The notes beneath the pieces were generated by a model. It saw nothing but the letters and a program-made list of their open reading frames with translations. It was not told the DNA's origin and searched no databases. Positions 38,006 to 50,158 of a DNA stretch of 64,000 bases are shown here, piece by piece. Source of the DNA: Ranitomeya imitator. Its lineage: Eukaryota. The translations under genes were made by a program, and so were the position numbers. The stretch is taken from the NCBI RefSeq assembly GCF_032444005.1, contig NC_091282.1:419926001-419990000 (forward strand). The letters run 5' to 3'. Position 1 is the first letter of the stretch. Each line of letters begins with the position of its first letter.

Positions 38006-38384
38006 TGCAGTCATATGGAAAGTAGAAAGGCAGCACTCACCATTTCCTTGGTGGTTAAAAAGTCCTTTATTTCCACTCAAATTGACATCCATAAAGCGGT
38101 ATGGCAGCACGTGTGAGGAGACGTGTGGGGAGAAGAAGTGGACGATGGCTGTTTCGCGCTCAGGTGGCGCTTCTGTGGGTCCATTCCAATCGTGTCAATC
38201 CTGGATTGGACCCGTATAAGCGTCACCTGAGCACAAAATGGCCATTGTCCACTTCTTCTCCCCACACGTCTCACACCACACGCTGCCATATCGCTTTATT
38301 GATGCCCATATGAGTGGAAATAAAGGACTTTTTAACCACCAAGGAAACAGTGATTGCTGTCTTTCTACTTTCCATAGGACTGCA
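38006..38384. repeat. Long foldback palindrome (~175-bp arms) with degenerate hammerhead, AATAAA and GTGAG motifs (Penelope-pLTR-like)
   Basis: TGCAGTC.TATGGAAAGTAGAAAG.CAGCA.TCAC... mirrored at the right end. The minus strand has GCGC-cacctga-GCGC-GAAAC...GTC, but CUGANGA is degraded to CACAGAA. Confidence 0.8.
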
Positions 38385-39894
38385 TATTTTAGGCAATTGA
38401 GGAGCCTAGTGTTACTGTTTGTGGGTATTATTATGTTGTGGGGTGCAAATAAAGACATTACTTTGTGGGGCACAGAAGGGGTACCTTTATTTTACGGTTA
38501 ACTCTTACCAACTGGGACACCATATGATCACTATATGTTTTGCACTATTGTACTGCAAAATTGAGGATGCAAAGACATCTAGCTACAGAAATTTTCATGA
38601 CAGTCTTTGCCAAACGGAAAAGATAGTAAAAATAAAACAACTCAAATCAGTGTAGGAACTGTAAAAATAGCATATAGTGTGATGGAAATATATATCATAT
38701 AGATCTCACTTGTGTATATACTCCTATATAATTATATATACTCATGTATACTCATATATCCACAGCTAATATATACACTATAATCAATGGCTGACATAAA
38801 CTGATATAAGCCAGACAGACTGTTCGGGGATTTCCAGCCAAAAGCGGAACAGCACCAGATGTAGTGATGATCAGATGTCTCAACTTTGTCCTAGATGCAG
38901 ACAGCTACACTTTAGTTGCTTAATCAGCATTCATATGTGCATTAATCACAATATTTCATATATATATTTAGATAACCAATAACAGAGGAGATTGACAATA
39001 TGGTAATTAACTAACCACCCCTAACCACCCCTTTCTATATGCAATTATAAACCCATGTATGTACAATAAATCATCAGTATTGGTGGAATATTATTGTAAC
39101 AATGGTGTACAGTCTCATTCTTGATGAGCGCTCAAAATACTCTCATTGAGAACGGCCGCAGCACACACAGGGATAGATATACCCAAACCAAATTTCCATA
39201 ACAACAGTATATAACATCATTTGGAGCCCTACTGTCAATGGATTAAATTGGTAAAGCATGTATTATAGCTGGCATATCAACAAATTTCTTAGGCAATGAG
39301 GTTCCAGCAATTTTTAAACCTTCAAAACCGTCAGGAGGTTTTAAGACCTTGAAAGACCATTAAAACCCTCAGAGGTCCGTGAGCCATCACTTCAACCATT
39401 GTCCCAAAGCAAGAGGTTGTGGCACCTATGTCAGTAGAAAGATGGATGCATTGTATTGTTACAATATCCACTGTAACATGTTCTGACAATATATTACTGC
39501 TCTAACACGTCAGCTCCATTGGGAAGGTCTGAGTAATGGCCTGTATTTCACACTGACAATTCTATTTCATGTGGTTTTAAAGAAAAAAAATCAATACTCC
39601 AATTTTACTTCACCAGTCAAGTAGTGCATTGGTGACTTTTTATGTCAACAGCAAAATCTCCCGCTCTGTATTTTTGTGCAGTTTATTTCACTAGCACAAT
39701 CCCATTGCCCTATAGAGCTTGTAATTCTCCACTGAAGCCAAGACTCAGAAAGCTGATATCATTTGTCTGGAGTCACGAAAGGCTGACATGAAAATTGAAA
39801 TTCATATTTGGCCCAAGCCATGCTGAAACCTCTCTATTGGGACTTAATTGCTTGTGAAGACGTTTACAATCCTGTTGTGTCCTAGATGCCTTAC

Positions 39895-40031
39895 CAATGC
39901 CACAGGATATACAGGTGTCAGGCTCGCTTCCATCACACTCTAGACACGTATGATGACACATATGACATTGTCTGTTGAATTCATATTTGCTGACAGGGCA
40001 GGTTAATACACAGTGTCCATCATCCAAGAAC
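39895..40031 (-). CDS. PCSK5: PCSK5 coding exon (137 nt): FLDDGHCVLTCPVSKYEFNRQCHMCHHTCLECDGSEPDTCISCGI(D)
   Basis: Acceptor tttatttttgtcccAG, donor GTAAGG, phase 2 in and phase 1 out (G|AT joins the 24822 exon). Matches recalled human IFDDGRCVSNCPSWKFEFENQCHPCHHTCQRCQGSGPTHCTSCGAD. Confidence 0.94.
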
Positions 40032-40096
40032 CTGGGACAAAAATAAAGAGAAGTTAATGATACCCTTCCTAGGAAATTGTCTTGTAGTAAAGCTTG

Positions 40097-40146
<50 letters not shown>

Positions 40147-40206
40147 AAAAAGAAAAGATGGAGGCAGCACACCGTTTGTAGTGAAAAAGAGCTTATTTAA
40201 TCAGCC

Positions 40207-40271
<65 letters not shown>

Positions 40272-40300
40272 CATATCAATCTATTTATCTATCTATCTCA
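40097..40300. repeat. (TATC)n microsatellite interrupted by a ~60-bp insert (40146-40207)
   Basis: Direct reading. The insert contains GGAGGCAGCACACC, a motif shared with the foldback family ends. Confidence 0.92.
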
Positions 40301-41351
40301 AAAAAACTTTATCTATCTTGATTGAAGCTAGAATTCATAAGGTAGAACAGTAAAATCAGGAATTTGCCACTACATTAAAGGAGTTTTTCCTTTTAATCTG
40401 TTTTCTTGGCATTGCCTTCAAAGTGTCTGATTGTTACAATGACTCTTCTCCTTTCGTAGCCCAGTTGCCCTGACACCACCTAGGAACCAACAGTTCTCTG
40501 ACTTCTACTTGTTTATCTCATACCTCTCCATGTTCATGTTGGAAATGACACCTTTCCAGTGATATTCCGCCTAGATGTGATGAACTACACCTCCATTCAG
40601 GTCTTGCTCTCTTCTATTCCACAGGAGCCTCCTCCAGGCTGTATACATTGAAATACAATGTCATTCATGCCAAGGAGAGGCACATCAATGCTGACCTTTC
40701 ATTAACAGGGTAGTGCTTTTGAGGCACTGCACTATGTGACCTGTCAATGTGACATCAGCAAATTAGGATTGGGAGTCATTTGACTACCAGTCACAGTGGG
40801 GGAACCAGAAAATGCCGTTTACAAAGTCACCTGGCCTGCTGATTACAAGGCAGTCAGAGAGATAAAAAGGTGAAAGGGGACAACCCCTTTAAGGATGACC
40901 TGAATATATGATGGTACTGACCATATGTAAAATCCTTTTGGATGCAGGTAAAAGCCTTAATTTCAAGGGTTGAGGGAAGGTCTATCCAGTGTAGTCCTAA
41001 AGTCTTGTTATTAGGGGATAGACCAGTGGGATCTCCAGTAAAACTTTCTGTCTTATACACTTTATTGTTATGGCAGCTAGAATTCACATAGCTTCAAAGT
41101 GCAAATCTATAACTTTCTCAATACAAGTGGTCAAAGATAGAAATCAATAAGATAATGTTATATGAACGGGTTGATGCTACCAAAATTGATCAAATCTTTT
41201 TTTGAGTGTATGGAGATCATGGATGGACACACAGCATGACCAAAATTTAAATCAGGCCTTACTTATATCTCCATGATGATTAAAATACCAGGTTATTCTG
41301 TTTGTACACTTACCAACTTATTCTAATTCGATAATAATTGGTTATCAGTAC

Positions 41352-42175
41352 TGTTATGACCTGGTGGTAAGGACAATAATGGACCTGGTGGTTAAGAGCA
41401 CACGGAATGACCTGATAGTTACTAATAATATAGGACGAGCTCTGAGACGTGGGAACTCTGCTGACCGCAATCCCTAATCCTATCACACACACTAGAAATA
41501 GCCGTGGATTGCTCCTAACGCTCCCTATGCAACTCGACACAGCCTAAGAAACTAGCTAGCCCTAGAGATAGAAAAATAAAGCCTACCTTGCCTCAGAGAA
41601 ATTCCCCAAAGGAAAAGGCAGCCCCCCACATATAATGACCGTGAGTAAAGATGAAAATTACAAACACAGAGATGAAATAGATTTAGCAAAGTGAGGCCCG
41701 ACTTACTGAACAGACAGAGGATAGGAAAGGTAACTTTGCGGTCAGCACAAAAAACTACAAAAAGACCACGCAGAGAGCGCAAAAAGACCCTCCGCACCGA
41801 CTCACGGTGCGGAGGCGCTCCCTCTGCGTCCCAGAGCTTCCAGCAAGCAAGACAAAAAATCAAAATAGCAAGCTGGACAGAAAAATAGCAAACCAGAGAA
41901 AAACAAGCAGGAACTTAGCTTCAGCTGGGAAGACAGGTCACAAGAACGATCCAGGAGAGAACTAGACCAATACTGGAACATTGACAGGTGGCATGGAGCA
42001 AAGATCTAAGTGGAGTTAAATAGAGCAGCCAGCTAACGAATTAACCTCGTCACCTGTGGAAGGAAACTCAGAAGCCGCAGCTCCACTCACAACCACCAGA
42101 GGAAGCCCATGGACAGAACCAGCCGAAGTACCATTCATGACCACAGGAGGGAGCTTGACAACAGAATTCACAACA
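41352..42175 (-). mobile_element. Solo LTR, diverged relative of the 31891 Gypsy
   Basis: Reverse complement starts TGTTGTGAATTCTGT and ends TCATAACA. Shared blocks such as CTCACAGTCATTATATGTGGGGGGCTGCC. TSD CAGTAC on both sides. Confidence 0.92.
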
Positions 42176-44462
42176 CAGTACGCTTTTTGTCCCTAACACC
42201 GTATGTGCTACATTTGTGTATTCTTACAACATTGCTCATCTTATATTATAATCTATCTTATTTACTTCTTTATTTTGTAACTCGCAACAAAATAAAAATG
42301 TACATATTATATTTAGAGCAATATAGTTTGATCTCCTGTGAGGGGATTATATGTTGTTAAATTGTTGAGTTCTTCTTTTCTTTTTTTTTCTCTTTGTGAA
42401 AATTAATAAAACATTTTTGAAACTAAAGAAGACCTGAATCTGGCATTTTTTTACTTTTTGTTCCTGCACCTCTCCATTCCTGAGATATGGCCTATTATTG
42501 CCTGTATATAACTCACCTTTTTCCAATTGGACATAGTCCTCAAAAAGTCTCCCATGGAGAATGGTCGAGGACCACACCCACTTGGCTATGATCACTGGAT
42601 TTGTATTTAGAAAAGAGGGAGCTACATTTCAGGAGCCACCAGGTGCAGGTTCAAAAGTAAAACAATGCCAGATTCAGGTGAACAGCAACATTTACACCAG
42701 TTAAGATTGCACATTTATGGCAATTGATAGGTCCTCTTCAGAAGGAACGTATCAGGTAAATTATCATGTTTGTAGTCCTACACTATTATTGCCTTCCTTC
42801 TGAAACTGGGGGTCCTTTCATCAAGGAAATATGCATGAGACAACACGACTTCCTGTCTTTGGTCGAGAAAAGTGTGGTTGTGTGCACCAGAAAGGGGCTC
42901 CATACCTATTTTTGCTTTCTTCATTTAACACAAGTCTACACCTAATGGATTTTGCTACTGCAAATCTATAGAGGATTTTGCTATGTATAATCATCTTTTC
43001 CTGAAGATTTCAGCCCGCGTTGTATTAACTTGTGGTGGCATCATAATTACAAAGCCTAATCAGAAACTGACATGCTGCAGATTTCAAAATCAATACCATA
43101 TATCTTCGTCATGTGGTGAGGCTTGTAAAATCTCAATCAACTAGCCTGGTATGGTAATCTGCTACAAATTCAAAATTTTACAAATCTGCAGGTAAAATCC
43201 ACAGTAATGCTGTCCCATGTGTACATACCCAAAATGATTGAAAATATGTTTAGACAAGAAGGAGATTTAGGGCTCATGTACATGGCCGTGCTTTCAGCCC
43301 GACTGCGATCCCACTAAACATGGGATAGCGCCCTTACCAATTTTATTCAATGGAGCCGTGCACAACTGACGTTTCAAAATCAAAAATTTCTGTGTCTGCA
43401 AGTCAAAGGATGAGTGGGAAACATCGGACTGCGCTCGGCATGACATCTTAGTGCAGTCGGATTTCCAAAGATTGACAGAATGGAGAAAATATTTTCTTCA
43501 TCTTGTCCTCATCAGAGAGAAATGTAGCACACTATGCTCACACTCTGATCAAACTCTGATTAGTGTGATTTGCAAGATCGACCCAATTCTCTTGGACGAG
43601 AGTGTGCATGGTCGTCAGCAACAAGATAAATAAATTTATTTATCTCAGGACATCATCTTTGAGAATCCAAAAAGGCATGCAAAATTGTGCAGCAGCATTT
43701 GTGGGTTCCTCATGTTATCTTCCCCATTCCCCTACTTGATCACCTAATTCGAGATCCACAAAAATGTTATCCCTTTCCGAAAAAGCTAATACTCTTGCTC
43801 TAGAGTAAATCTGCATAACATCATATGAATTAATCCATCCATTTATTTTCTCAATCAGCAGTAGAATAGGGGAAGTTTTAAAAAAACTTTAGTTTGTCAG
43901 ATCCAAAAATTCCAGTTCAGAGTTAATTCTCCTCGATTTCATTTGGAGCCTGAGAAAAAGGTGTTTCTGGCAGTCTGTAGGACGTGGGCGCTCAGTCATA
44001 CACCCTATTTCTTTACCCAGGCAACTCTTGTAAAATAAAAACAAAAAACAAAGTGTAACGGAAAAGAATGTGAAATTGATTCTTCCTAGCTCCTGGTAGC
44101 TACTGTTTTTTTGTGGTTGATCCTGTATTCCTAGCAGACTCTTGAAGTGTTTGTAGAAGCCAGGTTATATATGGGCACATACATTAACAAGGAAAAAAAT
44201 GTCATGTAGGTACAGTACGTTTGTTTGTTTTGTTCTCATAGCGGCTGGGAAACCTGGGCCCAGGGATTCTGTGGTTAGGTAGCCGCTTTGATCATATTGA
44301 CTGGCACCTTTCTGTAAAGGCACGCGTCTGGAGGCAAGAACAAGGGCTCTTGCTCATGGTTTAGGCAATGTTATTGAATCTGAGTGGAAGAAAATACCAA
44401 CTAATGAAGAGACACATTTTTTTTCATATTGATGGAGCAATGATTAATTAGCTAAAGTTTAA

Positions 44463-47400
44463 CCCCTTCAAGACCCAGCCTATTTTGACCTTAAAGACCT
44501 TGCCGTTTTTTGCAATTCTGACCAGTGTCCCTTTATGAGGTAATAACTCAGGAACGCTTCAACGGATCCTAGCGGTTCTGAGATTGTTTTTTCGTGACAT
44601 ATTGGGCTTCATGTTAGTGGTAAATTTAGGTCAATAAATTCTGCATTTATTTGTGATAAACACGGAAATTTGGCGAAAATTTTGAAAATTTCGCAATTTT
44701 CACATTTTGAATTTTTATTCTGTTAAACCAGAGAGATATGTGACACAAAATAGTTAATAAATAACATTTCCCACATGTTTACTTTACATCAGCACAATTT
44801 TGGAAACAAAATTTTTTTTTGTTAGGAAGTTATAAGGGTTAAAATTCGACCAGCGATTTGTCATTTTTACAACGAAATTTACAAAACCATTTTTTTTAGG
44901 GACCACCTCACATTTGAAGTCAGTTTGAGGGGTCTATATGGCTGAAAATACCCAAAAGTGACACCATTCTAAAAACTGCACCCCTCAAGGTACTCAAAAC
45001 CACATTCAAGAAGTTTATTAACCCTTCAGGTGCTTCACAGCAGCAGAAGCAACATGGAAGGAAAAAATGAACATTTAACTTTTTAGTCACAAAAATTATC
45101 TTTTAGCAACAATTTTTTTATTTTCCCAATGGTAAAAGGAGAAACTGAACCACGAACGTTGTTGTCCAATTTGTCCTGAGTACGCTGATACCTCATATGT
45201 GGGGGTAAACCACTGTTTTGGCGCACGGCAGGGCTTGGAAGGGAAGGAGCGCCATTTGACTTTTTGAATCAAAAATTGGCTCCACTCTTTAGCGGACACC
45301 ATGTCACGTTTGGAGAGCCCCCGTGTGCCTAAAAATTGGAGCTCCCCCACAAGTGACCCCATTTTGGAAACTAGACGCCCCAAGGAACTTATCTAGATGC
45401 ATAGTGAGCACTTTGAACCCCCAGGTGCTTCACAAATTGATCCGTAAAAATGAAAAAGTACTTTTTTTTCACAAAAAAATTCTTTTAGCCTCAATTTTTT
45501 CATTTTCACATGGGCAACAGGATAAAATGGATCCTAAAATGTGTTGGGCAATTTCTCCTGAGTACACCAATACCTCACATGTGGAGGTAAACCACTGTTT
45601 GGGCACATGGTAAGGCTCGGAAGGGAAGGAGCGCCATTTGACTTTTTGAATGAAAAATTATTTCCATCGTTAGCGGACACCATGTCGCGTTTGGATAGCT
45701 CCTGTGTGCCTAAACATTGGCGCTCCCCCACAAGTGACCCCATTTTGGAAACTAGACCCCCCAAGGAACTAATTTAGATGCCTAATGAGCACTTTAAACC
45801 CTCAGGTGCTTCACAAATTGATCTGTAAAAATGAAAAAGTAATTTTTTTTCACAAAAAAATTCTTTTCGCCTCAATTTTTTCATTTTCACATGGGCAGTA
45901 GGATAAAATGGATCATAAAATTTGTTGGGCAATTTCTCCCGAGTACGCCGATACCTCATAGGTGGGGGTAAAGCACTGTTTGGGCACTCGGCAGGGCTCG
46001 GAAGAGAAGGCGCGCCATTTGACTTTTTGAATGGAAAATTAGCTCCAATTGTTAGCGGACACCATGTCGCGTTTGGAGAGCCCCTGTGTGCCTATGCATT
46101 GGAGCTCCCCCACAAGTGACCCCATTTTGGAAACTAGACCCCCCAAGGAACTTATCTAGATGCATATTGAGCACTTTAAACCCCCAGGTGCTTCACAGAA
46201 GTTTATAACGCAGAGCCATGAAAATAAAAAATAATTTTTCTTTCCTCAAAAATGATTTTTTAGCCTGGAATTTCCTATTTTGCCAAGGATAATAGGAGAA
46301 ATTGGACCCCAAATATTGTTGTCCAGTTTGTCCTGAGTACGCTGATACCCCATATGTGGGGGTAAACCACTGTTTGGGCGCACGGCAGGGCTCGGAAGGG
46401 ATGGCACGCCATTTGGCTTTTTAAATGGAAAATTAGCTCCAATCATTAGCGGACACCATGTCACGTTTGGAGAGCCCCTGTGTGCCTAAACATTGGAGAT
46501 CCCCCAGAAATGACACCATTTTAGAAACTAGACCCCCAAAGGAACTAATCTAGATGTGTGGTGAGGACTTTGAACCCCCAAGTGCTTCACAGAAGTTTAT
46601 AACGCAGAGCCATGAAAATAAAAAAAAAAATTATTTTCTCAAAAATGATCTTTTAGCCTGCAATTTTTTATTTTCCCAAGGGTAACAGGAGAAATTTGAC
46701 CCCAAAAGTTGTTGTCCAGTTTCTCCTGAGTACGCTGATACCCCATATGTGGGGGTAAATCACTGTTTGGGCACATGCCGGGGCTCGGAAGTGAAGTAGT
46801 GACGTTTTGAAATGCAGACTTTGATGGAATGCTCTGTGGGCGTCACGTTGCGTTTGCAGAGCCCCTGATGTGGCTTAACAGTAGAAACCCCCCACAAGTG
46901 ACCCCATTTTGGAAACTAGACCCCCAAAGGAACTTATCTAGATGTGTGGTGAGCACTTTGAACCCCCAAGTGCTTCATAGAAGTTTATAATGCAGAGCCG
47001 TGAAAATAATAAATACGTTTTCTTTCCTCAAAAATAATTATTTAGCCCAGAATTTTTTATTTTCCCAAGGGTTACAGGAGAAATTGGACCCCAAAAGTTG
47101 TTGTCCAGTTTCTCCTGAGTACGCTGATACCCCATATGTGGGGGTAAACCACTGTTTGGGCACACGTCGGGGCTCAGAAGGGAAGTAGTGACTTTTGAAA
47201 TGCAGACTTTGATGGAATGGTCTGCGGGTGTCACGTTGCGTTTGCAGAGCCCCTGGTGTGCCTAAACAGTAGAAACCCACCACAAGTGACCCCATTTTAG
47301 AAACTAGACCCCCCAAGGAACTTATCTAGATATGTGGTGAGCACTTTGAACCCCCAAGTGCTTCACAGACGTTTACAACGCAGAGCCGTGAAAATAAAAA

Positions 47401-49582
47401 ATCATTTTTCTTTCCTCAAAAATTATGTTTTAGCAAGCATTTTTTTAGATTCACAAGGGTAACAGGAGAAATTGGACCCCAGTAATTGTTGCGCAGTTTG
47501 TCCTGAGTATGCTGGTACCCCATATGTGGGGGTAAACCACTGTTTGGGCACACGTCAGGGCTCGGAAGTGAGGGAGCACCATTTGACTTTTTGAATACGA
47601 GATTGGCTGGAATCAATGGTGGCGCCATGTTGCGTTTGGAGACCCCTGATGTGCCTAAACAGTGGTAACCCCTCAATTCTAACTCCAACACTAACCCCAA
47701 CACACCCCTAACCCTAATCCCAACTGTAGCCATAATCCTAATCACAACCCTAACCCCAACACACCCCTAACCACAACACTAACCCCAACACACCCCTAAC
47801 CCTAACCACAACCCTAATTCCAACCCTAACCCTAAGGCTATGTGCCCACGTTGCGGATTCGTGTGAGATATTTCCGCACCATTTTTTAAAAATCTGCGGG
47901 TAAAAGGCACTGTGTTTTACCTGCGGATTTTCCGCGGATTTCCAGTGTTTTTTGTGCGGATTTCACCTGCGGATTCCTATTGAGGAACAGGTGTAAAACG
48001 CTGCGGAATCCGCACAAAGAATTGACATGCTGCGGAAAATACAACGCAGCGTTCCCGCGCGGTATTTTCCGCACCATGGGCACAGCGGATTTGGTTTTTC
48101 ATATGTTTACATGGTACTGTAAACCTGATGGAACACTGCTGCGAATCCGCAGCCAAATCCGCACCGTGTGCACATAGCCTAATTCTAAAGGTATGTGCAC
48201 ACGCTGCGGAAAACGCTGCGGATCCGCAGCAGTTTCCCATGAGTGTACAGTTCAATGTAAACCTATGGGAAACAAAAATCGCTGTACACATGCTGCGGAA
48301 AAACTGCACGGAAACGCAGCGGTTTACATTCAGCAGCATGTCACTTCTTTGTGCGGATTCCGCAGCGGTTTTACAACTGCTCCAATAGAAAATCGCAATT
48401 GTAAAACCGCAGTGAAATGCGCAGAAAAAAACGCGGTAAATCCGCCATAAATCCGCAGCGGTTTAGCACTGCGGATTTATCAAATCCGCAGCGGAAAAAT
48501 CCGCAGAGGACCAGAATACNNNNNNNNNNNNNNNNNNNNNNNNNNNNNNNNNNNNNNNNNNNNNNNNNNNNNNNNNNNNNNNNNNNNNNNNNNNNNNNNN
48601 NNNNNNNNNNNNNNNNNNNNNNNNNNNNNNNNNNNNNNNNNNNNNNNNNNNNNNNNNNNNNNNNNNNNNNNNNNNNNNNGGAAAAAAAAAAATTTCTTTA
48701 TTTTTTTATTGTCCCTACCTATGGGGGTGACAAAGGGGGGGGGGTCATTTATTATTTTTTTTATTTTGATCACTGAGATAGATTATATCTCAGTGATCAA
48801 AATGCACTTTGGAATGAATCTGCCGGCCGGCAGATTCGGCGGGCGCACTGCGCATGCGCCCGCCATTTTGGAAGATGGCGGCGCCCGGGAGAAGACGGAC
48901 GGGACCACGGCTGGATCGGTAAGTATGATAGGGTGGGGGGGGACTACGGGGGGGGGATCGGAGCACGGGGGGGGGAATCGGAGCGCGGGAGGGGTGGAAC
49001 GGAGCGCGGGGGGCGTGGAACGGAGCACGGGGGGGCTGGAACGGAGCACGGGGGGGTGGAACGGAGCACGGGGGGGTGGATCGGAGTGCAGGGGGGGGTG
49101 ATTGGAGCACGGGGGGTGATTGGAGCACGGGGGGAGCGGACACGAGCACGGGGGGGAGCGGAGCAGTGGACGGAGGGGAGCCGGAGCAGTGTACCGGCCA
49201 GATCGGGGGGGTGGGGGGGCGATCGGAGGGGTGGGGTGGGGGCACACTAGTATTTCCAGCCATGGCCGATGATATTTCAGCATCGGCCATGGCTGGATTG
49301 TAATATTTCACCCGTTATAATGGGTGAAATATTACAAATCGCTCTGATTGGCAGTTTCACTTTCAACAGCCAATCAGAGCGATCGTAGCCACGAGGGGGT
49401 GAAGCCACCCCCCCTGGGCTAAACTACCACTCCCCCTGTCCCTGCAGATCGGGTGAAATGGGAGTTAACCCTTTCACCCGATCTGCAGGGACGCGATCTT
49501 TCCATGACGCCGCATAGGCGTCATGGGTCGGAATGGCACCGACTTTCATGACGCCTACGTGGCGTCATGGGTCGGGAAAGGG
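44463..49582. mobile_element. Large non-autonomous piggyBac-like element, copy 2 (7 satellite units, same nested MITEs, contains the assembly gap)
   Basis: TTAA|CCCCTTCAAGACC ... GGTCGGGAAAGGG|TTAA. Collinear with copy 1. Unit markers at ~45178, 45560, 45940, 46335, 46729, 47118 and 47505. Confidence 0.88.
48520..48679. other. Assembly gap (160 N)
   Basis: Direct reading. Confidence 1.
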
Positions 49583-50158
49583 TTAAAAAGCAACAACTTA
49601 GAGTTGGTCATTTCTGTATAGATTTGGCAATTTATGTTTTACTCCTGCAGTAAATTTGGATTTTTTAAAATAATTTTTGAGACCTATGGAATTATTTGAT
49701 AAATTCGTGTTTAATTCTTTGTAAAACGAAAATAAATTACTTAAAATGTAAAAAATCCGTTTTGTAATTGACGTAAACTGTAACATTCTTTTACGATTTG
49801 TAATAAAAAGATCGCTTTGCCCCATGTGAAAAGACTTTTACTGTTAAAGACTTACGTTAGTTGAGGGCCCTGTTGGAGATTTTGTATTGGGGCCCACAAT
49901 CTTCAAATTACACCACTATTTTTGGCATATTCTTCATAATATCTACAACTTTTTACTTACATTTTTAGTCATTGCATTTATTCTGCCCTCTAAACTAGAA
50001 TTATGCAGGGGCATTTCATGCATTTATGGGTCACAACAAAAAGATTGAAATTTTCTTCCGAGTTGCTTGTCAAACAGAGCTATGAAAAACTATTTGTGAG
50101 CAGTTCCGGCTCGTCTTCACTATTTCTTGGTTAACATTGACCTGGAGTTAAAAGAAAA

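Noticed and set aside
39150-39400. Possible Penelope GIY-YIG C-terminal remnant on the minus strand (GLKIAG, SRAPN)
   Set aside because: Too degraded and frameshifted to support as a feature without a search.
39773-40027. 84-aa ORF as annotated in the track
   Set aside because: Only 39895-40031 is exon; the remainder is read-through past the GTAAG donor.
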